A stretch of DNA of 64,000 nucleotides from Methanomassiliicoccaceae archaeon (GCA_963728405.1 CAVSJV010000003.1:253968-317967), one strand, 5' to 3'. Numbered from the stretch's first letter, positions 1 through 11,827 are shown. Numbers and translations: made by a program. Notes: a model not told the origin generated them from the letters alone.

Positions 1-4
1 CGCC

Positions 5-1531
5 GTGGAATCGACAATCATCACTGAAATTCCCCGAATCTCGGACCCCACCATCGAAGAGGTCGAGATCACCCCCATCGAGGAGCCGTACTCCTTCGTG
101 CGCATCAACTACGATAGCACCGCCGGGGAGTACCTTTACGAGGTCATCGAGCCCCGGCTGACCGAGGACGAGCAGAACATCCTTGACGTGCTGAAGGGCG
201 CGCTCATTGTCTCCCTGAACCTGTCCGATACCCATGATATGGAGGAGAAGCGGGCCGTGCTGAGCAAGGCCACCGACCGCCTGCTGACCAAGCTTGGGGT
301 CACCTTGCACCCCGTGTCCCGCGAAAGGGTGATCTACTATCTGCGCAGGGACTTCACTGGCTATGGGGTCATCAACATCATGATGGTCGACCCCAGCATC
401 GAGGACTGCTCCTGCGACGGCGTGGACATCCCATTGTACATCTACCACCGCAAGTACGGCAGCATCAAGAGCAACATCCGGTTCGATAGGGAGGACGAGC
501 TGGACGCCTACGTCGTCTGGCTGGCCCAGAAGTGCGGAAAGCATATCTCGGTGGCGAACCCGCTGCTGGATGCCACCATCCCCGACGGCTCCAGGCTTAA
601 CGCCACGCTGGGGAAGTATGTCACCAAGAGGGGTTCGACCTTCACTATCCGGCGTTTCAAGGACAACCCATTCACACCGGTGGACCTGCTGAAGTTCAAG
701 ACCATGTCCACCGAGATGATGTCGTACCTATGGATATCGGTAGAGTTCGGCTCATCCATGCTGGTCTGCGGTGGCACCGCCTCTGGTAAGACCACCACGC
801 TCAACGCCATCCTGCTATTCATCCCGCCCCAGATGAAGATCGTTAGCATCGAGGACACCAGGGAGCTGAACCTTCCGCACGAGAACTGGATCCCCGGCCT
901 TACCAGAGAAGGGTTCGGGGGCAAGACCGGGACCAATAACGGTACTATCAACATGTTCGACCTGCTCACAGCCGCGCTGAGGCAAAGACCCCAGTACCTG
1001 ATGGTAGGTGAGGTCAGGGGCAAGGAAGCATACGTCGTGTTCCAAGCTATGGCCACCGGGCACATATCGTACTCGACATTCCACGCTGAGGACGTCCAGG
1101 CCATGGTCCATCGTCTGGAGAACGAGCCCATCGATCTGCCCCGAGCGTTGCTCACCGCCCTTAACCTGGTAATGCTCCAAGGGCAGGTGAAGGTAGGCAC
1201 CAAGATGACCAGGCGGGTCAAAGGTCTGACCGAGATCGTGGGCATGGACCCCGAGACCGGGGAGCTCATAACCAACTCGGTGTTTTCCTGGAACCCCGCC
1301 GACGACAGCTTCACCTACTCCGGCCACTCCTACATCTATGAGAAGGTCCGCGCGGTGCGTAACTGGTCCCCCCGGGAGATGGAGCGGGAGGTCAAGAGAC
1401 GCATCGACATCCTGGAGTACATGAAGAAGATCGGTGTCAACAACTATCGCCAGGTGGCCAAGATCGTCTCCGCCTACTACAAGGACCCCGAGAGGGTCCT
1501 GAAAGAGGTCAGGGAAAAGACGGCCGAGTGA
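5..1531 (+). CDS. Type II/IV secretion system ATPase (VirB11/ArlI-TadA-like), probably 5'-truncated by the window
   Basis: Walker A GGTASGKTT, SIEDTREL Asp box, ALRQRPQYLMVGEVRG Walker B, ATGH..STFHA His box. Confidence 0.93.
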   Translation: MESTIITEIPRISDPTIEEVEITPIEEPYSFVRINYDSTAGEYLYEVIEPRLTEDEQNILDVLKGALIVSLNLSDTHDMEEKRAVLSKATDRLLTKLGVTLHPVSRERVIYYLRRDFTGYGVINIMMVDPSIEDCSCDGVDIPLYIYHRKYGSIKSNIRFDREDELDAYVVWLAQKCGKHISVANPLLDATIPDGSRLNATLGKYVTKRGSTFTIRRFKDNPFTPVDLLKFKTMSTEMMSYLWISVEFGSSMLVCGGTASGKTTTLNAILLFIPPQMKIVSIEDTRELNLPHENWIPGLTREGFGGKTGTNNGTINMFDLLTAALRQRPQYLMVGEVRGKEAYVVFQAMATGHISYSTFHAEDVQAMVHRLENEPIDLPRALLTALNLVMLQGQVKVGTKMTRRVKGLTEIVGMDPETGELITNSVFSWNPADDSFTYSGHSYIYEKVRAVRNWSPREMEREVKRRIDILEYMKKIGVNNYRQVAKIVSAYYKDPERVLKEVREKTAE

Positions 1532-1567
1532 CCGGTCCGATCCGTCCCGGCCATAAACCCTTCTTCC

Positions 1568-2010
1568 TTATTCTCCGCCGGCATCCCAATAGGCATCCAT
1601 CGATCGGTACCGCCATAGCCTCTATCCAGATGGTCATTCCGATCATGGCCAAGATCATTCAGACCCTCTAGCTCCTGAACGAAGAAGGTCAAGGCGATCG
1701 GAGCAACGAATGCCATGAACAGACCCACCGGGAAGAAGATCATTCCTTTCTTGAACTAGCCAGCAAAGAAATGGCCCATGCCTAGATGGAGAAAATGCCA
1801 GGCATGATGGCGAAGATCGGCATTGCCAACGGGCGGACCGAGGTCCGGGTTATCTTCCCGCAGCCAGCGCAGTAGCGGCCATAGAACGCAATGGGGGCGT
1901 GGCAGTCGGGGCACCCTATGATCACTCGCAAGCAGACCGCACTGGGTGTAGTACTTCGCTCCCTCCACATCATACATGCCGCAGTTGTGGCATTTGACGG
2001 TCTTTTTTGT
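1568..2010 (-). pseudogene. Double zinc-ribbon plus TM2-like membrane protein, disrupted
   Basis: Pieces in three frames: KCHNCG..TQCG, CPDC..CAGCG, LGMGHFFAG*FKKG, hydrophobic helices, MDAYWDAGGE*. Several frameshifts and one in-frame TAG. Confidence 0.6.
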
Positions 2011-2199
2011 GTACAGGATAGGGGACCGTTGATGGCATCCTCATACAATTTGCCCTTGGCGGTTCGGACGACGGCAGCGGACTTCCGCATTTTACACAGG
2101 TCGTTCGAGCGGCCCTTCCCTAAGTTCCACACTGTGGGCAGTTCATTTTTCCCCATCAGACTTTGGCATCTTCGAATACATATCATGATGAGAATGGAG

Positions 2200-2232
2200 A
2201 AAATTAAAAAAGAAAAGAGAAGGGAAATGGTT
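2200..2232 (-). terminator. Pyrimidine/T-rich archaeal terminator
   Basis: Minus strand reads ...TCTCTTTTCTTTTTTAATTTT just after the stop at 2248. Confidence 0.55.
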
Positions 2233-2247
2233 TAAGAGGTCTCTGTT

Positions 2248-5200
2248 CTAAGGATTGTTGTCCTCAGGCTTCGACTCCTCGGTGGGCCCATCCTCGGGCT
2301 TGGGTACCTGCTTCTTCTCGACCGGGCGCCTGACGATGCGCCGGAGCGGCTTGGGCTGCTGGGCATCGGTCTTCTGCTCCTCGGCCAGTGCCGGATCGGC
2401 CTTGGGTAGCTCCATGGTCGAGCCGCACTTGTGGCAGATGGTCGAGCCACGGGGATTCAGGGTGCCGCAGGACGAGCAGGGCATGCCGCCCACCTTGCGC
2501 TTCTCCTCTTCCTGGGACAGCCAGTTCTCGAAGCTCACGTAGGAGGATTGCTTCTTCCACCAGTCGGGGAACTTTCCATCGGAGTACTTCTTGCCCAGGA
2601 CCTTGCGGGCCTCCTCACGGAAGGTGTCGACATAGGCGTCATACTGCTCCCTCATCTTCTTGAGGTAAGCATCCTCCTCTTCTTCGATGGCGTCGGTGAT
2701 GAACTTGGCGTTACATTCAGGACAGCTGGTGGAGTTGGAGGGTATCCAAGCTCCGCACTCGCTGCACTTGGCGGTCCCAACCTCGAACTCCACGCCGCAC
2801 TTCGGGCAGCGCTTGGACGAATCGGGGATGAGGGAACCGCACTCGCCGCACTCCACCATCTTACCGAGCCCGTATTTGTATAGCCAGGCGGAGAAGAATA
2901 TGATCGCCGCGGCGATGCCCGCCAGGATGATCAGATAGAGGTACCAGGGGACCCCGCCTTCGGCGACCGCCTTGACGGTCACGTTCTTCATCCCGCTGGT
3001 GGTCTTGTCCCCGATGGTCACCGAAGCGTGGACCTGATAGTCCCCGTCCAGTCCCTCCGGGATGTACAACGAGACGGCGAAGTTGCCGTTAGCGTCGGTG
3101 ACCCCCGGGAAGGCCACGCCCTTCTGAACGCCTCCCTGGGCCAGGTAGATCGTTATCTTCGCACCGGCGATCGGATCCGAGGTGTTCTGATTGGCCACCC
3201 GTCCGGTCACGAAGATATTGGTGCCCGGATCATAGGTCCTGGTGTCCAGCTGGTCGATGATCACCTTGGCATTGGGGGCGTCGATGATGAACGCGACCGA
3301 TACTTGGTCGTTGGTGATGTTGCTCTCATCGATCAGGTGGTCGGGGTTGGCATTTATGACGATGGTGTAGTTGCCCATGGTCACGTTGATCAGCCAGGTC
3401 ATGTTCACAACGACCGACTGGCCGATCCCTACGTCCTTCTTGATCGAACCCAGGATAACCTGGTGGTCGTCCTCACCCTTCGCATAGAACACGAATTCGG
3501 TGGCCATGGCCGGGCTGTTGCCGGAGTTGCCGGCGATAGTGGATATGATCACCGTCTCACCCTGGCCGGAATGATTGACCGCGCTTCCGGCATTGGTCAT
3601 GTTAATGCCCTCGGGGAAGAACACGTCCGGCCGGAGCTCGTTCACGGTGATGCTCTGAGCCAGTATGTTGTTGTCATAGTTGACCTCAGGGATTAGGGAC
3701 TGGGGATTGACCCAGACCGTTATCATCACTGGCTGAGTCTTGAGCCCTTGGGTGATGTTGGCGTTCCAGCTTCCCTTGATCATTTTGCTCTGGCCGGCTC
3801 CGATCGAGCTTATGGTCTGCTCATCGATCAGCGTGCCGGTGACGGTGTCGCCGACATAGAACCTTACGATTACATTGGAAGAACCGACCTCACCGATGTT
3901 CTTGATGGTCGCCTCGATGCTCTCGTTGGTATTGACCGATACCGGACTGGCCGGGTTGAATATTATTTGCTCCGGTGTAAGGTCCGCAAAGTTGAGCACT
4001 TTCTGCTCAAACGACAGGTTGTTATTGGTCTCGGTGATCTCGCTTATGGCGTTAAGACCGTCTACCAGTATGCTTATGGTGTAGGTGCCAGCGACCGATG
4101 GGGACCAGGCGATATGGGCCTCCCCAGAACCGTTGGGATCTATCCGACCTATGGTCTGATTAATGTCCAGGAGAATCGGTGATCCACCGGGGGCGGTGGC
4201 ATAGAAGCTCACCAGGACGTTATTGGCGGCGATATCCCCTGAGTTATGCACCACAGCGGTAATCGTCGTGGTCTGCCCCCTCACCGGCGAGGTCGGGCTT
4301 AGAGTGATATCGCTCCTCTGAACGGAGAGGTCCGCGATGCCCCTTACATCGACCAGGACATAGTTCCCATTGTTACTGTTGTTCAGCTCATTAATGCGGC
4401 CGTAGGGGTCGATGGCCACGGTCAGATTGTGAACGGCCAGCGGATAGCTTGCGGTCCAATTGACGTTTAGATATACTGTCTCCTGGGGCTGGATCACCGG
4501 TATGATGTACAGATAGGACCTCACGCCCGGAGACCAGTCAAGTCCCGTATCGTTGAACATGACCAGCACGTCATAGGCTGGCACCACTCCGATGTTGGTC
4601 ACCTGGGTAGAAACTACCACTATCTGGTCCCTGGCAGGATTGTCATCCGACACCGTCAGGGGCGGGTCCAGGTCAGGTCGTGCGCCGGGCACCTGTGTAT
4701 AGATTTCGCTGACCATGGCATACGGGGCCGACGTAAAGTTCCTGAGGGACACCAGGGGCCAGGGCTCGGTCCCTTCGTACGCTGTCCCATTGTAGGTGAA
4801 GGTTGTCCTGAGCTCATACGAGCCCAGGCTCTTGATCGTCTGGTCTTCACCCGTGTAGATGTCACATATGGCCCGCAACATCACTTTGCCCGTGGCATCG
4901 GTGTATCCATGGTAGGATATCGCCTCGGTGATGTGGTTGACCTCCACGTACGCGTTCTGGAGGGACCTATTGTTGCCATCTAAGATATTGGCCACGATCC
5001 ACCGGTAGTGATTGATCACAGCATGCCCGTAGGCCCTCATGGAGGGCATGGTCACATTGGTCATATCCGCTTCAGTATATCCTCCGAGGGACCAGGACCT
5101 TACGAAGGTGGTGTTCGCTGCGTCAATGATAGCGTGAGACGTGTCTGGCGTCACTATCTCGGCCACGATGGTCGACGATTCGATTTCGATAACGCTGTGA

Positions 5201-8200
5201 TCATCGGCCTGTATCTTTACGTTAGAGAGTATGCTGGAAGAGTCCACTATCAGCTTACTGTTGCCAAGAAGGTACAGCCTCATCTCATAATTGGAGTTCA
5301 ATTGGGCTCCGTTCTTCAGGATGAGAACACCGTTGTCCCTCACTGTCACCTGCAGGAAGTACGGGTTGGAGGACTGCGAGATGGTCATCTTGGTGCCATC
5401 GAGGGTCAGGTTCCCGTAGTTCTCTATGGTAAGGTTGGTCCATACCTCGAAGGGCAGTGTGGTGGTCGGAAGGGTCCGGTTGGCATGAGCGGGGGTTCCG
5501 TCGAACAGCCAGTCAGAAGAGTCGGGGATCAAAGTAACGGTGATGGAGGTCGAAGCGATGTTGTTCACATTGGAGTATTCTGTGACCTTTCCATCAGCAT
5601 TTAAGTACACATATACTGGGTAGGTCCCAACAATATTGGGCTTCCATACCACTATTGCATCTGCCGCCGCTCCCTGGCCGACCGTCACAGTGGTCGTGTT
5701 GACCAACTGGCCACTGAACCTGTCGCCAGCCACATAGACCTGGACGAGGACGTTGTTAGCGGCCGCCCGGCCATCGTTGTGGACGGTTATGATCGCGGTC
5801 ACGGGTGCGCTGGTGGATGGTGACGGACCGACGAACACGATGTCGGACGAGGTTATCGAAAGGTCCGGAAGGTTAGGCAGCACTGTGACCAGCTGGGACT
5901 TCTTATTGTTGTCCTTTCCACCGACGATCTCAGGTATGGTGTTGTTCGGGTCGATGACCACGGCCACGTTGTGCACGCCTTCTGGCATGTTGAGCCATGT
6001 GGTCTGGGCGATCGCAGTGCCACCCGATAGGACCGCACTGATATGGGTCGTGTAGTTGAAATTCTGCTCGGTCTGGTTTAGCAGGCCGGTGATGATCACT
6101 TCAAGGTTCGAAACGGCCGTTTCGCCCCGGTTACCGATCTCCACCTGGATATTCAGGTCCATACCAGCGTAGATAGGGGTCGGGGTGACCGTGATCGGCC
6201 CGATATATAGATCAGGAAGGTCGAGGACGAGACCGTTCAGAAGAATGGTCGCCGCCGACCTCATGTGAGCCGGGTCGAGGTTTGGATACGGATTCATGAA
6301 CGATGTGTTGCCTTGACCATAGTAGGTCACCTCACCCTTAACGTAACTTAGTTCCACGTTATATGTGGAGGTTGGCCGGGAGTTCGGATTGGTGCTGGTC
6401 TGGTAGATCGTGTCGGCCAGCAGAGGTACCGCTGCCTTCCCGCTCGCGTTGGTCTTAAAGAAATCGGCCGCGCTGATCCCCACCGGGAACCCAAGATATC
6501 TGAGCACATCGGCAGGCGGTACTTCCTGAACCTGTCCGGACACATAGTATGCCGGGGCGGGGTTCGTGAAGCTGATCGCAGCACCATTTACAGGGAGGGC
6601 TTGGGTGTCGATGGCGGTGATGTCAGCCCACCGGTAGATATGGACGGTCGGCCTAAGAGTGACGTCCATCCAGAGCTTGTCTATCGTTAGGCTATTTACA
6701 CTATCTTTATTTGAGAATAGAATGTTCAAATTCCCAATGGATTCTATAGATGTTATTTGTCTTGTATCAATAGTTGTTGTGTCTATTACAAAGGATACAG
6801 AACCTTGTGGAGCTCATGGTAGTATTTGTGTAGGTCAATCCGTCCAAAGACCACGAGAGATAACTAGAAGCGAATGATGATGCGGTCGAATATCGGATTG
6901 ATAACACAATCTTTGAGATTGACCCAGATAAACCACTCACATTCATTTCGTTTATGTGTAGGTTCCTTTCGGGCCCAACAATGTCTGTTAATAAATCCCC
7001 TACTACCTGTAAACCAGCTATGTTTTGACTCGAATTATCTGGGTATACTAAGTCAGAGGTGTCGAGTGAGAACGGAGTGACCTCGATTGTCTTCTCGATG
7101 GTCACGAAGGCCGGCTGCCTGTCCGCCTCGAGATCAGGGTTCTGGTCAGTATCAACCGAGACCCCGTACATCTCGGCCTTGGAGTTGTCGGTCAGGACCA
7201 GCTGGTTGTGGTTGCTGGTCTCGTTCGAGAAGTCAACACCTAGATACGAGTTGATGACGGTGAGTGACGAGCTGCCTGCGAGAGTGATGTTCTTGTATGT
7301 CGGCACCTCGTAGTTCAGAGTGGTCCAGACCTTATTGATCGAGACGCTGTAGGTCGGGACATGTTCTCGTAACCGATCTTGAGACCATACAGGTCCTGGG
7401 CCGACATGACCGGCAGATCGACGATGGCCACTTCCTCTTTCGAGGTCCCCGACGAAGCGTCGTAGGTGTTATGCAGCCGTGTAGTAGACTGCACCACGGT
7501 CCCGTTGCGGTACTGGTAGAGAACATAGCCGCCGTTGGTCGGGAAGTTCTGGTCGGTCTTGTATTTTATACTGAGGACCGGGGCAATGCCTTCGGATACG
7601 TTGAAAACAAGGCCAGCGGTGTCGAAACCGTCCAGCCAGAGGTTGAGGCCGCCTCCGACATTGTAGAACGTGCTGTCATCGGTGGTGAGGTTGGTGAAGG
7701 TCTCGCCCACTACGGTGTTGTTGTCCGCAGGGCCAGAGGGCATCCTGTTGAGGGAGTAACGGACGTTCTCCTTTGAACCGGTGGCATTGTTGACATCTGT
7801 GGCAAAGGAGTAGGTGTGACTGTAGATGGAGTTGTAATCCGTCTCAGGGTTCCAGTCACCTGGCTCGTAGATATCCTGAATCCTGGAGTTGTCATAAAGG
7901 CCTACATTGGCGGAAACGAACAACAGGGTGGGAGAGGTCGCAAATACATTCGATGGGAACACGATGTCATTACAGTATTATCGATGATCTCAGGGTCGAA
8001 GCCCTTGATCGCCGATCTCCAGAGCACCAGATTGGAGTTGTCGACCACCATGTGACCGGAGAACGTCATATTAGAATCGTAAGCTTCGATCGTTCCATTG
8101 TTCCTAACCATCACTCCAAGGCTCGGGAAAGCCCTGATGTTATCCATCTGGGTGCTGAGAGTGGCGTTCTTGAGGATGAGCTTTCCACCATCCTCGATGA

Positions 8201-8477
8201 TGAGGGTGAATTGCTCATTTGGATACGCGGATTGCGAAAATATCAGGGAACCATGGTCGACGGTCACTACACCGCCCTGGCCAATGACCAGGTTCGCTGT
8301 CATGATGACGTTGGTCATGTTCTTTGCTTCATTGACAGTCATGTCATCGTCATAGAGGACGCCTGCCTCGCTTCGGGCTATGTCCCCCCCTAGGAACAGG
8401 ATCCCAGTGAACGATGTAAGCAATAAGCTTACCACTATCAGTATGCTTGCCGCTCTTCGAAGGAAAATACTTACCAT
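2248..8477 (-). CDS. Giant CARDB-repeat cell-surface protein (~2,070 aa) with signal peptide, beta-helix-like regions, C-terminal TM and cytoplasmic zinc ribbons; split by about 3 indels
   Basis: ORFs 7902-8477, 7315-7962, 6767-7306 and 2248-6729 overlap or abut. PDL...N.G...I.E.N..NN CARDB repeats, TM VPWYLYLIILAGIAAAIIFFSAWLY, then CGECG..CPKCG..CSECG..CPEC and CSSCG..CHKCG. Confidence 0.85.
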
Positions 8478-8620
8478 AATGAACCCACCGAATACCTACA
8501 GCCCCATCTGGGGATGCCGTGGCAATACCGGTTTTAGTTTATTTATATTTGAGCCTACAATTAACTTATTTCTAAACAAACCTAGGCATAAAAGAATGTG
8601 TCTGGGAAAGGGTTTGCCGC

Positions 8621-9674
8621 TCACTTACGGCGGATGATCTTGCGGATCGAGACGGCCTTCTTGGGCTCGTCCTCCTGCTTGGCGGCCTCTTTCAATACAC
8701 AACCGCAGTGAGGGCACTTCTCATCATTTACGGATAGAGTTTTCAGGCATTGTGGGCAGGTGGGTTCGGCCAGCTTGTCCTCGGCCTTGAACACCGGGGT
8801 CTCCGGCTCCTCTTCCACTGCCGTGGCGGCCTCGGGCGCCTTGTATACTGGCGTGGGCTCCTCCTCCGGTTCGGGGGAGGGGGCTTGTTCAGGTTCCGAT
8901 ACCGTCTCCACGACCGCAGACACGACTTCAGGCAATGGCTCAGGCCCCACTTCGGGAACGACCTCGACCTGGACCGGTTCGGAAACGATCTCCGCCTCTT
9001 CAACTACCTCATCTATCGGTTCGAGCGGTTGATCTACGGTCCGGCGGGCGATGCTTTCTTCCCGCTCGTTCAGGGTCTTCTCCCAGCTCACGAAGCGCTT
9101 CTGCTCCTCCAGCACGATCTTGCGGCCCTCGGCCAGCAGTGCCTCCTGATCGGCAAGCACCTTGCCTTTGGCCAGTAGCCCCTCTCTCAGGGTCGACAGC
9201 TCGTCGAGCATCTGGCGCATACTTTCCTGATCCTGGATGAGCGCCTCCTCCATCTCTCGGACATGCTCGCCCATGGTGCGGATGTCCGTCTCGTACTCGG
9301 CGCTGCGGTCTGCCAGCGAAGTAATGCTCTCTTCCCGCCGGGTCGATCTCGACCTGGCGTCGCTCCAGCTCTACCCTCGAGCGCTGGACCTCTTCCTCCC
9401 GCTGGCGGATCTCCTTCCCTTGGGACCGGATCCGCTCCTCCTTCTCCTGAACGCTCTTCTCCCGGGGCTCCAGTTCGACCAGGCGGGCGTCCAGCGTCTT
9501 CTCCCTGGCCTCCAGCTTGCTGGTCCGTTCGTCGAGGTTGTGTCTCTCTTTGTCGAGGTCGGTCTCCTGGACCTCCATCTTGTCCCTGCGCTTCTTGAGC
9601 TCAAGCTCCTGGGTCTTGACCTTCTCCTTGAACTCCTCGAGGACCTCCCATATGGGGGTCTCATCAGTGGCCAT
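8621..9674 (-). CDS. Coiled-coil protein with Pro/Glu linker and C-terminal zinc ribbon (one indel near 9330)
   Basis: Heptad E/K/R-rich ORFs 9009-9674 and 8621-9274 join. CPQC..CPHCG and C-terminal KKAVSIRKIIRRK. GGAGGTG RBS upstream of ATG 9674. Confidence 0.75.
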
Positions 9675-9723
9675 TCGTACACCTCCTGTAAATCCCTATG
9701 AATGATAGCAAAGTGATCCCTAC

Positions 9724-10425
9724 CTAGCCCAAGGTCGGTCCGAGGATGGTTAGGCCTTTCTCCCCTACCTCCACGGTGTGTTTCTCCATGCTGTGCTTGC
9801 AGGCCCTCATCTTCTCTACCCGGATGAAACGGGCCAGCTTCCCCCTCGCCCGGTCCAGTCCGAGCTCGATGATGCCGTCCACGAGGAAACCTTCGTTCCC
9901 CAGCAGATCGGACGGCCCGCCCCGGGAGCGCTCCATGACGATGAAGCAGACCAGGTTCTGGTCGCGGAGGGTCTTGAAGAAGTAGAACATGTTCTTGCGC
10001 ATGTTCTCGCTGCTGTCCATGAGCGAGTACAACGCTCCGAGCGAGTCCAGGGTGAACACGGTGAACCGCTCGCCGTGCTTCTTCTTGTGGTACTCGATGG
10101 TCTGCTCGATGAACTGGATGTAGTCGGTCGGCTTCTCCTCGTCGATGACCTCGTCCAGCTCTCGAAGGTCGGTGATGTCCGATATCTCCAAGTTGGGGCT
10201 TGGCTCGATCCCCAGGCCGCGCATGTTGTTGATATGGCTCGCCGCGGTCTCCTCCAACGTGACGTAGAGGCCAACCTCATCGGCCTTCTCCAGATAGTTG
10301 GACATGACTGAGTAACAGAAGCTCGTCTTCATCGAGCCGGGAGGCCCAGTGACTAGTATGACCTTGGGTGCTTCGATGTCGGAACGGAATATCCTTTCGA
10401 GCCCCGGGATTGAGTCCCTTAGCGT
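9724..10425 (-). CDS. KaiC/RAD55-family RecA-fold ATPase
   Basis: Frame extends upstream of 10332 as (M)LRDSIPGLE..ILVTGPPGSMKT. Also VTLEE, LDSL, VDGIIEL and RVEKMR. Candidate start is ACG at 10425. Confidence 0.88.
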   Translation of the reverse strand, partial: TLRDSIPGLERIFRSDIEAPKVILVTGPPGSMKTSFCYSVMSNYLEKADEVGLYVTLEETAASHINNMRGLGIEPSPNLEISDITDLRELDEVIDEEKPTDYIQFIEQTIEYHKKKHGERFTVFTLDSLGALYSLMDSSENMRKNMFYFFKTLRDQNLVCFIVMERSRGGPSDLLGNEGFLVDGIIELGLDRARGKLARFIRVEKMRACKHSMEKHTVEVGEKGLTILGPTLG

Positions 10426-10474
10426 TGTTTTACCCCCGGCTTTAATCCCCTGGGCAATTAAAAAGGTATCTGCG

Positions 10475-10620
10475 GTGAACTACTCCATCTGATAAAATGG
10501 GGTTTCTTGCTTCAACCACTCGACTTGCATCATTCTCAATGATGTAGCGGTCCAATGTCCACAAGCGAGTTCGGGCAGTTCCTGCCCTACCTTCTCAATA
10601 CCTCGGTGGAGGATATTGAT
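10475..10620 (-). ncRNA. Putative TnpB omegaRNA scaffold overlapping the tnpB 3' end
   Basis: Stems GGGCAG-GAA-CTGCCC, CATCATT-GAG-AATGATG and the right-end hairpin, conserved or covarying with copy 2 at 39650-39795. Confidence 0.65.
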
Positions 10621-11675
10621 GGAAGCGTTATGGTCACGCGATAGCGATAGACCACAGAATGGACAGTCGTGTCGTCTATCGCCTAGTGTTTTAGGAACTA
10701 GCTTGCCGCAGCCGGAGCACATCTGACTCGTGTTTCTTGGATCGACCTGAACGAACAGCTTACCAGCGTTTTCAGCTTTGTAAGCTAGTTCCTGGTTCAG
10801 CGAACTCCAAGACGCGTCGGATATGCTTCTTGCTAGTCTGTGATTCTTGACCATGTTATTTGGTTGTAACTTTTCGGTCACGATGAGGTCGTAATTGTTG
10901 ACATACGATCTCGATACTTTATGCTGAAAATCGTTTCTTTGATTGCACACATGCTCGTACTGGCGAGCAACCTTGATGCGTTGTTTCTCTCGATTGGTCG
11001 ATCCCTTCTGCTTCTTACTTAGGCGTCGTTGCTCCCGTCTTAGTTTCTTTAGCGCTTGCTTGAGATGTCTTGGATTCTCAACTTCGTTGCCGTCGCTGTC
11101 GACGATGTACAACTCAAGTCCAACATCGAGACCTACGGCATTCTCAACATCTAATGACTCGTATTCTTTCGAGCCATTGTCGACAATGATGTAAGCGTAC
11201 CACTTACCGGACGGCATATGCTTGATCGTCACCTGCTTGATCTCGCCTTCGATTGGACGATGCATTCGTATCGGTATGTCGCCGATCTTCGAGAGATGCA
11301 ACAAACCGAACTTGTCGTTCCTCGGCAAAATTTTGAAACCAGACTGATTGTAGGTGACTGTCTTGAACCGGTGTTCGCTCTTGAAGCGAGGTTTTCCGAC
11401 CTTCCTTCCTCGCTTCTTCATCTCCTTCAATGCAGCGAGATTGGTGAATAGGCGGTCCACCTCTGGCTGAAGACATTTAGAATAGATGTCTTTTAGCTCA
11501 GGCCATACCTTCTTCAAATGGGTCAGGAACTTCGATAGCTCATTATAGCCTATCGTTCCTGCGTTGTATTCCTCCAACAAACGGTTGTAGGCCCGTCGGC
11601 ACACTTCCTTTGCCCGTAACAGCTTCCGCTCTTCCTCTTTGTTGGGGTAGAGACGGCACTTGTTGACAAGCGCAT
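10480..11675 (-). CDS. tnpB: TnpB RNA-guided endonuclease (1-nt indel near 11662)
   Basis: MRLS(Y)KCRLYP N-terminus, RuvC GLDVG / VTEKL / RDHNASINI, zinc finger CSGC..CPFC. Confidence 0.92.
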
Positions 11676-11688
11676 CAGAGCACCGAAT

Positions 11689-11741
11689 TTCTTGACGACC
11701 TTCATATATAAACGTCGAACGGAGAGGTCAGTGAAAGTGCC
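11689..11741 (-). promoter_or_regulatory. tnpB copy 1 promoter: CACTTTC box, TATA and TCAAGAA
   Basis: GGGCACTTTCACTGACCTCTCCG..TTTATATAT..TCAAGAA, shared with copies 2 and 3. Confidence 0.6.
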
Positions 11742-11827
11742 CGTTTTCGCTTATCCTTGAGATGCCAGGGGGCATGTTCGCACGAAGATAAAAAAGATTA
11801 TGACCCGCCCGGGGGCGGTAAGGGGTT

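Larger units (their letters stand above)
10475..11745 (-). mobile_element. IS200/IS605-family tnpB-only element (copy 1)
   Basis: tnpB ORF followed by right-end hairpin ACCCCATTT-TATC-AGATGGAGT and terminal GTTCAC at 10475-10480. No tnpA. Left boundary approximate. Confidence 0.8.
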
